From Gemmata obscuriglobus (lineage in GTDB: Bacteria > Planctomycetota > Planctomycetia > Gemmatales > Gemmataceae): 32,000 bases of DNA. Under the pieces are notes generated by a model. It made no database searches. It was given only the letters and a program-made list of their open reading frames with translations, and had not been told where the DNA came from. Made by a program: the position numbers and the translations under genes. The stretch covers positions 8,430,001 through 8,462,000 of the forward strand of contig NZ_CP042911.1 in the NCBI RefSeq assembly GCF_008065095.1, read 5' to 3'. Below, in pieces: positions 23,887-31,867 of this stretch (within the stretch, counting starts at the first letter, position 1; every line of letters starts with the position of its first letter).

Positions 23887-26358
23887 TCACCCGGTCGGCG
23901 CGTCCGGCCACGGCCCCCACTTCGGCGCCTGCCCCTTCTTGACCAGCCCGCACGATTCGGTTGCGAGCGGCAGCTTCGCCTCCAGCGGGCACCCGCACGC
24001 GGCGCACGCGTCCAGCGCCCGCTCCTCGCACAGGGCGCACTCCGCCTGACGCGATTCGAGCACCTCCAGCGGCACCGTCCGGCGCCCGCCCGCCACGTGC
24101 CGCGCCATCGCCGCCGTGTAGTTCATCGCCTGGCGCCACAGCGCCGGCTTCTGTTTCACGTCCTCGGCGCACCGCGACAGAACCATCAGCCCGTGGTTGT
24201 TCCGGTCGCGGCGCGTCACCACCCAGCCCGGGTGGCGGTGGCAGAAGGTTCGCAGCGCGTGCAACACGCCCGGGGCGTCGGGCCGGTCGCCGCTCTCCCC
24301 GAACGTCTCGGTGCAGTGAACCACGATGTACTTGCCGACCCGCTCGCGGTGCCGCTCCAGCAGGGGCATGAGGGCGTCGGCGGTGTGCTCGGTGTCGATG
24401 AACAGCAGGTCCACCGGGGGCAGGTCCGCGGCCGCCGGGTCGGCGGTGCGGCCCTCGAACCGCGCGCCCAGCCAACCCCTCAACCGCGCCCATTGCGGCT
24501 TCGGCCGGGGGCACACGCTCACGAACGTGCCGTCCGCCGGCAGCCCGGCGACGAGCGCCGCGTCCGCCGGCTTCATCCACAGCGACAGCTCCGCGGCGCT
24601 CGAGCACTTCGCCGCCAGTTCCCGGAGCGTGCCAACGTGCTCGTGGAAGTCGGACGGCTTCGCGGCCGACGCCTCGGCCCACGCGGCGGGCGTCGGGTGC
24701 GCGTTCGCCTCGCACGCCGAGCACCCGGCCGGCTTCTGCGCCTTGAACTGCGTCACGTCCACGTTCGACACGGTGACCATCGGGCCGGGCCACCAGTGCC
24801 GCGCCTCGCCCCAGTGCGGGTGCCACAGGGACGCGCCGCGCGGCTCGTAGCACACGTCCCCGTGCGCCGTGAACCGGCCGGCGGTGTGGTTCACGTGGAC
24901 GCTCGGGGTGCCGCTCAGCCCGGAGGGGTCGGCGGGTTCCAGGCGCGCCCAGGCGGACCGGTCGGCGCCGTGGTCCGGTTCCAACACGACGGGCTTTCCG
25001 GACTTGGCCTCGGCTTCGGCGCGGGCCAGGTTCCCGAGGAACGTGCCCCAGCGCAAGCAGAGTTGGTGCAGGGGCTCGTGTCGCTCGCGCACCCGCTGCC
25101 AGCCGGTGCCGTTGAGCCCGATGTAATCGAGGTGCGACACCACTGGCGCATTCGGGTTGGCCGCCAGGGCATCCCCAAGGCGATCGAAGTACCCGGGCGG
25201 GTACAGCACGTCGTGCTCGCAGAACGCAACGGCGTCGAATGCCGAGCCGTCCGCGATCGCAGCCGCGACGGCCTGCCGGATCTGCGCCACGATGGTGGCG
25301 TGCGACCGCCTCGACTCCCCGCGGTGCGTTGTGAAGCGATCAAACGGGGCGCCCGGGATCTCCGCCCACCCGCATGCGCTCACGGTCACGTCGTGCCGAA
25401 GCGTCTGCTCCTGAGCCTGAGCGACGGACAGCGCGCTCCGCTGGAGCAGCGCCGGCGGGGGCGTGTTGTCCGAGTACCACACCGCCAGGATGCGTTGCCG
25501 CTTCGGCTCCGGGCGCGGGCCGCCGAACGGCTGCGCCGCTTCGGACCGCTCCACCAGCCGCCCCCAGGTGTCCGCGGACAGCCCCTTGCCGAAGTGCTCG
25601 CGGATCTGCGGGACCGCGTCGATTCCCAGCTCCCGGTGACCGACCAGCAGGTTCCACACGTGGTCCTCGGTGCGAAGCGGGTACGGGGGCGGCGGGTTGT
25701 TGTGCCAGCCGGACACGTCGCGGAACTTGTGCCGCCACCGCAGGGCCGGGAGGCAACGAGCCTTCCCGCCGCGCTGTCGCACGAGCTCATGGATGTACCC
25801 CTCCTCGCCCCCGAACCCGCTGAACAGTGGGTTGAACCCGGGCCACGCCGCGCATCGCATCAGCCACAGGCCGAGCCCCATCATGGGGATCTCTTTGGCC
25901 GTATTGCCGAGCAGGATGCTGTTATCCGTGTCCCACGTGCCCCACAGCCCGCCGCCCGGGTTCGGTCGCCAGTGTGTGCTCAGCCCCCGGCCGTCGTCGT
26001 ACACCAGCGGGCCGGAAATGATGTCCCGCGAGTCCGGATAACGTGCGATAAAGTCCAGCGCCGCCTGCACCGCGCCGGTCTCCAGGATCACGTGCGAATC
26101 GAGGCACATGGCCCACGGGGTGCGGGCGAACCGGAACACGGCGTCCCGGGGCTTGCTGGTGCCGGTGAGGTCCGGGCGGTGCAGGTACCGGCCGCCGACG
26201 GCCCGGGTGATCGCCTCCACCCGTGGGTCCCGCTCCTGGGTGTTGTCCACCACCAGGTATTCGACCTTCGGGTGGTTCGCGGCCAGGCCCGAGAGCACGA
26301 ACCACACGTGGTCCGGCTCGCCCCGGGTCGCCATGCCGATCGTCAGCGGGCTGCTCAT
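23887..26358 (-). CDS. multidomain glycosyltransferase (GT-A/GT2-like x2) fused to a class I SAM-methyltransferase-like domain and a Cys-rich tail
   Basis: N-terminus 'TIGMATRGEPDHVWFVLSGLAANHPKVEYLVVDNTQ...' is GT2-like. The second GT-A-like region carries 'FCEHDVLYPPGYF'. 'VDLLFIDTEHTADALMPLLERH...YIVVHC' matches the Methyltransf_24/TylF-like signature. The C-terminus reads 'CALCEERALDACAACGCP'. Confidence 0.75.
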   Translation of the reverse strand: MSSPLTIGMATRGEPDHVWFVLSGLAANHPKVEYLVVDNTQERDPRVEAITRAVGGRYLHRPDLTGTSKPRDAVFRFARTPWAMCLDSHVILETGAVQAALDFIARYPDSRDIISGPLVYDDGRGLSTHWRPNPGGGLWGTWDTDNSILLGNTAKEIPMMGLGLWLMRCAAWPGFNPLFSGFGGEEGYIHELVRQRGGKARCLPALRWRHKFRDVSGWHNNPPPPYPLRTEDHVWNLLVGHRELGIDAVPQIREHFGKGLSADTWGRLVERSEAAQPFGGPRPEPKRQRILAVWYSDNTPPPALLQRSALSVAQAQEQTLRHDVTVSACGWAEIPGAPFDRFTTHRGESRRSHATIVAQIRQAVAAAIADGSAFDAVAFCEHDVLYPPGYFDRLGDALAANPNAPVVSHLDYIGLNGTGWQRVRERHEPLHQLCLRWGTFLGNLARAEAEAKSGKPVVLEPDHGADRSAWARLEPADPSGLSGTPSVHVNHTAGRFTAHGDVCYEPRGASLWHPHWGEARHWWPGPMVTVSNVDVTQFKAQKPAGCSACEANAHPTPAAWAEASAAKPSDFHEHVGTLRELAAKCSSAAELSLWMKPADAALVAGLPADGTFVSVCPRPKPQWARLRGWLGARFEGRTADPAAADLPPVDLLFIDTEHTADALMPLLERHRERVGKYIVVHCTETFGESGDRPDAPGVLHALRTFCHRHPGWVVTRRDRNNHGLMVLSRCAEDVKQKPALWRQAMNYTAAMARHVAGGRRTVPLEVLESRQAECALCEERALDACAACGCPLEAKLPLATESCGLVKKGQAPKWGPWPDAPTG

Positions 26359-26386
26359 GTCGCTCGTCTCGTGAAGCTGGGGCCGG

Positions 26387-27973
26387 TCAAAACGGGCTGC
26401 TGGTGCTGAGCCCGGTGGTTACGGGCGGCGGCGGCGGCGGTGGCGGCGGTGTGGTGGTCGTGCCCGCGCCCGCGCAGGTGCCGTTGCACGACGCCAGGGA
26501 CATCGGCCCCGTGACCGTGCAGCCCGCGCACTGGTTAATCGGATCGAAGGAGCACAGCGCCGCGCCCCCGGGGCACTGGCAGCAGTAGTAGTCCACCGCC
26601 GGGCCGCCCGTCGTGGTGGTCGGCGCGGGTGTGGTGGTGCTGGTGGTCGTGGTCGGCGCCGCCGTCGTGCCGCCGCCGGGGCCGCAACCGTTGGCGCACG
26701 CGACCTCGGACGGGAACTGCGACCGCAGGGTCGGGGTCTCGTAATTCTCGCACGGGTGGCCCGGTTCGTTCGTGCAGACGAACCGGACGAAACCCTGGTA
26801 CCGGCACTGCCAGCAGTAGAACGGTTGCGCGGTGGTGGTCGTCGTGGTGGGCGGCCCGGCGGTGGTGGTCGGCGCGGCCGTGGTGGTGACGGGCAGCGGT
26901 ACGCACGCCCCGGCCGCCTGGGCGCAGGTGCCGGACGGGGCGCCGGGCGGCACCTGGCACGAGCACCCGCCGGCGTTCCCGCACGGCCGCACCACCTTGT
27001 CCCAGCTCGTGCCGCTGTCCGAGCCCCAGATGCAGTCGCCGCACCCGGCCGGGGACGCGGTGGTCACCGCGGCGCACGGGTCGGCGGCGCCGTGGACGTA
27101 GCAGGGGGTGGCGGCCTCGTGACCACAAGAGTTCCCGGGGGCGGCCGGCGCGTCGCAGGAGCAGTTGGGCACGCGCGAGCCGGCGCAGGTGTCGCCAATC
27201 TTCTCCCAGCGGTCGCTCTCGCCCGCCACCCCCGACACCCACACCCAGCGGCACCCACCGTTGCAGAACGACGGCGGCACCACGCACGGGGTGTGTGCCG
27301 GCGCACAGGACGAGCACGCCCCGGCCGGCGGCTGACAGCCGCAGTAGCCGGCGCACCCGTTGCGCGTCTGCACCCACCCGCGGACCGGGTGACAGAACCA
27401 GTCGCACCCCTCGGTGCAGTCCGACGGGGCCGGGCACGGGCCGCCCGTCGTGGTCGCGCCGGTGCAGTTTGGGGCTTTGGCGTCGGCGGCGAGGGCGCCA
27501 CACGCGGTGGTGGCGCAGGCGTCGGCGGCGGGGCACCACGTCGGGGCGAGGCAGTGGCAGTCGGTGGCGCAGGTCGAGGTGGTGCGGGTCCAGATTTTCG
27601 AGGAGGCGGAGTAGGTCCACTGGCACGCGCCGGCGCACGGGCCAGCGGTGGTGGTCGTGGTGGTGGCAGTGCCGCACCGACCGGCCCCGTTCGGCAGCGC
27701 GTACAGCTCCCATGTCAGCCCGGCGCTTCCGTCGGCCTGGCGACACAGCGCACAATCGCCCGCGGCGAAGGCGTTGCCCAGCACCGCGACGCCAGGATTT
27801 TCCGCGGTGCCGTACCGGCCGCCCACCAGCTCGACGAGCGCACCGGCGCCCTGATCCCACACCTCCACCCACTGGTAGCTCGGGGCGGCGGCCTCTGTGA
27901 TGCGGACGACGAAGAACGGCGAGCTGTAGGCCCGGGGGGGCGCGTTCGGTGGCGGTGTGCGGAATCGGGCCAT
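26387..27973 (-). CDS. modular Cys-rich repeat protein with poly-Thr/Pro linkers (tail-fibre / host-recognition candidate)
   Basis: It has four modules of the form C-x(2-3)-C-x-W-x(7-13)-W-x6-C-x(3-7)-C-x-C. It also has two '(F/Y)YC(W/C)QC' modules. Linkers include 'TATTTTTTAG', 'TTTAAPTTTAGPPTTTTTTAQ', 'GGTTAAPTTTTSTTTPAPTTTT' and 'TTTTPPPPPPPPP'. It follows the distal tail gene in operon order. Confidence 0.75.
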   Translation of the reverse strand: MARFRTPPPNAPPRAYSSPFFVVRITEAAAPSYQWVEVWDQGAGALVELVGGRYGTAENPGVAVLGNAFAAGDCALCRQADGSAGLTWELYALPNGAGRCGTATTTTTTAGPCAGACQWTYSASSKIWTRTTSTCATDCHCLAPTWCPAADACATTACGALAADAKAPNCTGATTTGGPCPAPSDCTEGCDWFCHPVRGWVQTRNGCAGYCGCQPPAGACSSCAPAHTPCVVPPSFCNGGCRWVWVSGVAGESDRWEKIGDTCAGSRVPNCSCDAPAAPGNSCGHEAATPCYVHGAADPCAAVTTASPAGCGDCIWGSDSGTSWDKVVRPCGNAGGCSCQVPPGAPSGTCAQAAGACVPLPVTTTAAPTTTAGPPTTTTTTAQPFYCWQCRYQGFVRFVCTNEPGHPCENYETPTLRSQFPSEVACANGCGPGGGTTAAPTTTTSTTTPAPTTTTGGPAVDYYCCQCPGGAALCSFDPINQCAGCTVTGPMSLASCNGTCAGAGTTTTPPPPPPPPPVTTGLSTSSPF

Positions 27974-27974
27974 G

Positions 27975-27989
27975 CCCGGCCGATGTCAC
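27975..27989 (-). promoter_or_regulatory. copy 3 of conserved motif GTGACATCGGCCGGG
   Basis: The minus strand reads ACGTGACATCGGCCGGGC followed directly by the ATG at 27973. Confidence 0.6.
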
Positions 27990-28076
27990 GTTGCGGCGGA
28001 GGTTGGCGCCCGTCCACTTCGCGCGCGAGCGGTGGGGCGGTTACCTTTGGTGGTTCGCCCCAACCGAGGCCCATTC

Positions 28077-28484
28077 ATGCGCGCACTGACTTTCCCGGCG
28101 ATTCTGCTCTGTGGCATCTTCTTGTTAGCGGCGGGCGTTCCGTCCACCGCGCAGGACAAGGACAAGAAGATGCCGAACCCGAACGTCGACAAGAATTACA
28201 CCGAAAAGGTGACGGTGCGGATCTTCGAGGCGGGCATTCGACCCAACGGAGCGTTGGTCGCGGAACCGGTGAAGGACGTGCGCGCGTTTCGTTACGAGAA
28301 GGATGGCGAGCTGTGGTTCTGCACGAAAGCTCACCCGGTCGCCGTGCCGAATCCGAAGACGGAAATCACGGACGAGAAGGGCAACGTCTACGTGGTTGAG
28401 AAGGTCGTCAACAACAACGACATCGGGCACAACCGGTCAAAGGTGAAGCCGAAAGCCAAGGACGCTACGCCGCCCCGACCTTAA
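28077..28484 (+). CDS. exported Lys-rich protein encoded opposite to the tail operon (moron)
   Basis: GAGG lies 7 nt before the ATG at 28077. Signal peptide 'MRALTFPAILLCGIFLLAAGVPSTAQ'. The 3' end overlaps the convergent tail gene by 20 nt. Confidence 0.65.
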   Translation: MRALTFPAILLCGIFLLAAGVPSTAQDKDKKMPNPNVDKNYTEKVTVRIFEAGIRPNGALVAEPVKDVRAFRYEKDGELWFCTKAHPVAVPNPKTEITDEKGNVYVVEKVVNNNDIGHNRSKVKPKAKDATPPRP

Positions 28485-29562
28485 ACAAGTCCTCGAACTC
28501 GCGGACCGGAAACAATGCACTTCCGTCGGTGATAAGTGTTTCGTCGGTGATGCGCGTGTTGAGCCCGGCCCGCTGGGTTTGGTAGTAGCCCGACACGTTG
28601 CCCGTGGTCGCGGGGTCGAAGAAGTAGAATCCGAGGTGCCCAAAGGGCACGGGCTTGTGAACGAAGGTGTAAGCCAAGTCCCACGAGTAGCCGAGCCCGG
28701 TCGGGTCGGGAAGGAGCGTCTCCTCGACGCCCACCAGTTGCAGGGTCAGCGACCAGTAGCCCAGGAAGTACGTCTTGTTCACGGCCCCGAAGAAGCCACG
28801 GCTACCCTCATTTCCGATGACGCGGTTGAAAAGTGGTTTTCCCGGCCCCCAGGCATCGAACGGCAGGCGGCGCCAAACGATGCGGAACTTGCGTTGCGGC
28901 TCGATGAACCCGATTCCGTAAGGGATCGGCACGCCGGCCGGCTTGCCCGTGCCCGTGTCGGTGCTGTACACCTGCCCCGACGCGCCGCCGGGAAGCGAGA
29001 TGTAAGAGGGCTCCCCCGACACCGCGCCGCCGGGCACGGCCCCGGGCTTGGTGGTGTATCGCTCCGTTTCCGACTCGGTATCTGCATCACTTTTGAAGCC
29101 GAACGGGCACATCTCGAACGTTGCTTTTAGCTCCGCGCGCCAAAACTCCGGCACGTGAACCCCAGCCTTGTACCCTGGGTTCACGTCCTCGATCGAGTCC
29201 GGGTCTTCTGGGTCTTCTGCTTCGACCGTGTTTTGCATGAACCGGAACGGCGCAATCTCGACTTTGGTACACGCCCAATTGTTGAACACCGGGTCCCGTT
29301 GCGGCATCAGCCGCGAGAGCTTGGTTACCCCGGTGTCGTCGTACAGCTTGCTGGCGCCAACCAAATGCACCGCGGCGTTGTACCGCTGATCCCAATCGCA
29401 CGAGAAGCGGCGGGTGCAGTACGAGCCGTCCGGCCCGAGCATCGTCGTGATGTGGTCGTGCTCGGCCTTGATCCCGCGGCGGCGCAGGTTCATGGCGATT
29501 ACTTCGGTGTCCGTGAACGCACGCAGAGAGCCGTTCGGGTTCGTGGGCAGCGTGACGGCCAT
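28465..29562 (-). CDS. phage tail protein immediately downstream of the tape measure (distal-tail-protein position)
   Basis: The ATG at 29562 lies 1 nt after the tape-measure TGA. 365 aa. The call is by synteny only. Confidence 0.6.
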   Translation of the reverse strand: MAVTLPTNPNGSLRAFTDTEVIAMNLRRRGIKAEHDHITTMLGPDGSYCTRRFSCDWDQRYNAAVHLVGASKLYDDTGVTKLSRLMPQRDPVFNNWACTKVEIAPFRFMQNTVEAEDPEDPDSIEDVNPGYKAGVHVPEFWRAELKATFEMCPFGFKSDADTESETERYTTKPGAVPGGAVSGEPSYISLPGGASGQVYSTDTGTGKPAGVPIPYGIGFIEPQRKFRIVWRRLPFDAWGPGKPLFNRVIGNEGSRGFFGAVNKTYFLGYWSLTLQLVGVEETLLPDPTGLGYSWDLAYTFVHKPVPFGHLGFYFFDPATTGNVSGYYQTQRAGLNTRITDETLITDGSALFPVREFEDLFKVGAA

Positions 29563-29563
29563 A

Positions 29564-30748
29564 TCAGAAGCTCCCCCCCTCGAACGCGCCACCGCCACCG
29601 GGCCGCGCCCCAAAATCGCCTTCCCCGGGCAGCCACACCCCGCCGCCGGCCGTGAGCGCGTCCACGGCGCGCATGAGCGTGGTCGCGATCGACTGTTGCA
29701 CGCGGAGCATCTTTTGCTCGATGGGATCGCCGTTTAGCGCGGCCATCTGCACGCTTTTCCCGACCCCTTCCAGCCCGGAAATGGACGCCTTCGGACCGAC
29801 GCTCAGCGCGAACGACTTCGCCACGTCGCGGAGCGCGCTCAGCACCATCGCTTGCGGGCTGCTGGGATCGGCGCCCGCGCCGCCCCGCTCGCCCTCGGCG
29901 TAGCGCAGGTCCGCGAGCCGCCGGGCCTCGTTCTCCCGGTCAACGTTCCGGGTCGTGTACCAGGGCGCGTTCGGGTCTTTCCAGTCGGCGTCTGTGAGCT
30001 TCCTGAGTTCCTCGTCGAACAGCCGGAAGTAAGCTTGGGTGTTACGTTCCGGGTCGGACACCGTGTCCCACCCGAGCCCAAACCATCTCCGATCGCCCTC
30101 CGTCGCGCGCGGGTCGGTGATGCGCTCGCCGTTGCGGTCGCGGTTGCCGAAGTTGTCCTCGACCCACTTTGCCAGATCCGCGAGCGCCGACGCCACGGTC
30201 TGCACGGCCCCGATGAACGTCACGAGCACGGGAATGCCGAGCCCGATGATCGTCGTCAGGAACCCTTCCAGGCCCGGCCCGATGGCGTTGGTGAGTACGG
30301 CCGCCGCGGACGTGAACGCGGTGGCGAGTAGCACCGTCGCCGGGAGCAGCACGGGCGCGACGGTCGCGGCGAATAACTGCACCGACTTGCCGAGGGTGCC
30401 AAACCCGCTGGTGACCGACCCGAGCGCGGCCCCCAGGACCGCCATCGGCCCGGCGACAGCAGCGAACTTGGCGAGCACGGGCGCAAACATGCTCCCGAGG
30501 CGACTGGGGGCAGGGTCAGCCGGGCCGGCCGGGGTAGGCTGTGGCGGTGCGCCGCCGGCGACACCGCTGACCGGAAGCGGTTTTGGGCCGACGACGATTA
30601 CGGGTTGCGGCCGGTCGTGGATCGGCAACCAGCCGCCGTCGTTGGTATCGCGCTCGGCCTGCTGGTTGGCGAAGATAATCGCCTGGGGCAGCCCGGAGAT
30701 TGCCCCGGCGAGGAGTTGCAGCGCGGCGGCAAGTGCGGGGTCGTTCAC
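29564..30748 (-). CDS. tail tape measure protein (short)
   Basis: It follows the G/GT chaperone pair. It has long Ala/Gly/Val hydrophobic stretches, such as 'FAPVLAKFAAVAGPMAVLGAALGSV' and 'FLTTIIGLGIPVLVTFIGAVQTV'. The GTG at 30748 is in a GTGA overlap with the upstream stop. Confidence 0.7.
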   Translation of the reverse strand: MNDPALAAALQLLAGAISGLPQAIIFANQQAERDTNDGGWLPIHDRPQPVIVVGPKPLPVSGVAGGAPPQPTPAGPADPAPSRLGSMFAPVLAKFAAVAGPMAVLGAALGSVTSGFGTLGKSVQLFAATVAPVLLPATVLLATAFTSAAAVLTNAIGPGLEGFLTTIIGLGIPVLVTFIGAVQTVASALADLAKWVEDNFGNRDRNGERITDPRATEGDRRWFGLGWDTVSDPERNTQAYFRLFDEELRKLTDADWKDPNAPWYTTRNVDRENEARRLADLRYAEGERGGAGADPSSPQAMVLSALRDVAKSFALSVGPKASISGLEGVGKSVQMAALNGDPIEQKMLRVQQSIATTLMRAVDALTAGGGVWLPGEGDFGARPGGGGAFEGGSF

Positions 30749-31466
30749 TGTTGCACCCTTTTCTCGCGTTCCTCACGCGCGGCCCGCTTGGCTTGCTCCT
30801 CGGCCCACCCCCGCGCGATGCGCTCGGGGTCCGTGATGCCGAGGTAAAAGCACCGTGTTGCGAAGAGGGCCATCTCGCCCGGCTTGCGCGGCCCCGCTGG
30901 CAGCGCCAGCTCCGGCCGTCCCTCGCCGTCGCGGTGGTGCGCAAACAGCGCTGTTAGCTGGTCGTCGGTGAGCCCGGCGAGGTAGTCGATTCGGTGGTTG
31001 AAGGGCGGGTTGGCGAGCTGGACGAGAAGAAGTCGCTTGGCAATCCGAGCGTCACCCGGACTGCCTCTAAGACTTTTGGGTCGTTGGTCGCCCTGCTCAC
31101 CATGAGTGCGGCGATTTTCTTGGCCTCGAGTTCGACGAGCCGCTCGGCCAGCTCGAACGTGAGCCCCTGATCGCGGCACATGATCGTCAGCAACTTGGCC
31201 AGCCCGAGCGGTGTCATCAACCGCTTGACGACGATCTCTCCGCCCCATTCATACACGCCTGCGGCAACGTCCTGCCCGTGAAAGCGCTCGGCCCGCTCGC
31301 GGGCGGCGTCGTCCTGGTAGCGGCGGCGCGCAATGCCATCGTAGGCGAGTTGCTCGAGCCACACTTGGTACTCGCCCTGATGCGCATTTGTGGGCTTGCC
31401 GATCCGGTAGGTTTTCCCGTCGAGAACGAACTCGGTCGGGGCGTTGACGAAGTCTGCGAGTGTCAC
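30745..31466 (-). CDS. tail assembly chaperone GT-like fusion made by -1 programmed frameshift at 31080-31074
   Basis: The -1 frame (ORF 30745-31248) is open across the slippery site. It ends in a GTGA overlap with the tape-measure start. The junction reads ...ATNDPK|SLRGSPGDARIAKRLL... Confidence 0.6.
30954..31466 (-). CDS. tail assembly chaperone (G-like, zero-frame product)
   Basis: 170-aa ORF between the tube and tape measure genes. Its GTG at 31466 overlaps the tube gene TGA. Confidence 0.7.
   Translation of the reverse strand: MTLADFVNAPTEFVLDGKTYRIGKPTNAHQGEYQVWLEQLAYDGIARRRYQDDAARERAERFHGQDVAAGVYEWGGEIVVKRLMTPLGLAKLLTIMCRDQGLTFELAERLVELEAKKIAALMVSRATNDPKVLEAVRVTLGLPSDFFSSSSPTRPSTTESTTSPGSPTTS
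31074..31080 (-). other. -1 ribosomal frameshift slippery heptamer C CCA AAA
   Basis: In the G frame the minus strand reads GAC CCA AAA GTC. The form is X XXY YYZ, and re-pairing as CCC AAA keeps both tRNAs matched. Confidence 0.6.
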
Positions 31467-31864
31467 CCGATGTTCTCCGTGAACGCGCCCTGGCTCTTAA
31501 CCGTGCAGTCGTACATGACGCGGCCCTTGACTTCCCCGCCGTACTTGGCCCGAAACACCTTAGCGTTTGGGAAGTGGTACGCCGGCACCACGTCGTTGAG
31601 GTTCGTGTACAACTTCAAATCTTGGAGAGCGGTGCCGGTCGCCACGCCGCTGAAGTCGCCGTCCACAATGTCGACGACGAACGTGATGTTGACTGTTGCC
31701 CCGATGACCCCACCTTCCGGCCAGTCGTAACCTTCGTCCTCGCCGGTAGTCGCGTCCAATTCCTGTAGCTCTGGGCCCACGCTCCACATCTGTGCCCCGG
31801 GCACCAGCACGGGACTCATGCCACCCATCTTGACGGCAATGTGACTGCCTGAAATTGGGGGCAT
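31463..31864 (-). CDS. major tail tube protein (by position)
   Basis: 133-aa ORF directly upstream of the chaperone pair. GGAGGAG precedes the ATG at 31864. Confidence 0.6.
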   Translation of the reverse strand: MPPISGSHIAVKMGGMSPVLVPGAQMWSVGPELQELDATTGEDEGYDWPEGGVIGATVNITFVVDIVDGDFSGVATGTALQDLKLYTNLNDVVPAYHFPNAKVFRAKYGGEVKGRVMYDCTVKSQGAFTENIG

Positions 31865-31867
31865 GTC

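Noticed and set aside
24773-24790. Plus-strand gtgaccatcgggccgggc resembling the repeated motif
   Set aside because: It needs two single-base insertions to align, is in the opposite orientation and lies inside a coding region. It is probably a GC-rich coincidence.
23545-26409. 954-aa plus-strand ORF
   Set aside because: It is antisense to the glycosyltransferase/methyltransferase gene, which has real motifs. The ORF is Arg/Pro/Gly-dominated junk.
26535-28399. Long alternative-frame ORFs (26535-27989 minus, 26756-28399 plus, 27295-27900 plus)
   Set aside because: These are shadow frames of the Cys/Thr-rich gene. Their composition is Arg/Gly/Pro runs, and they run across a clear intergenic region and the moron start.
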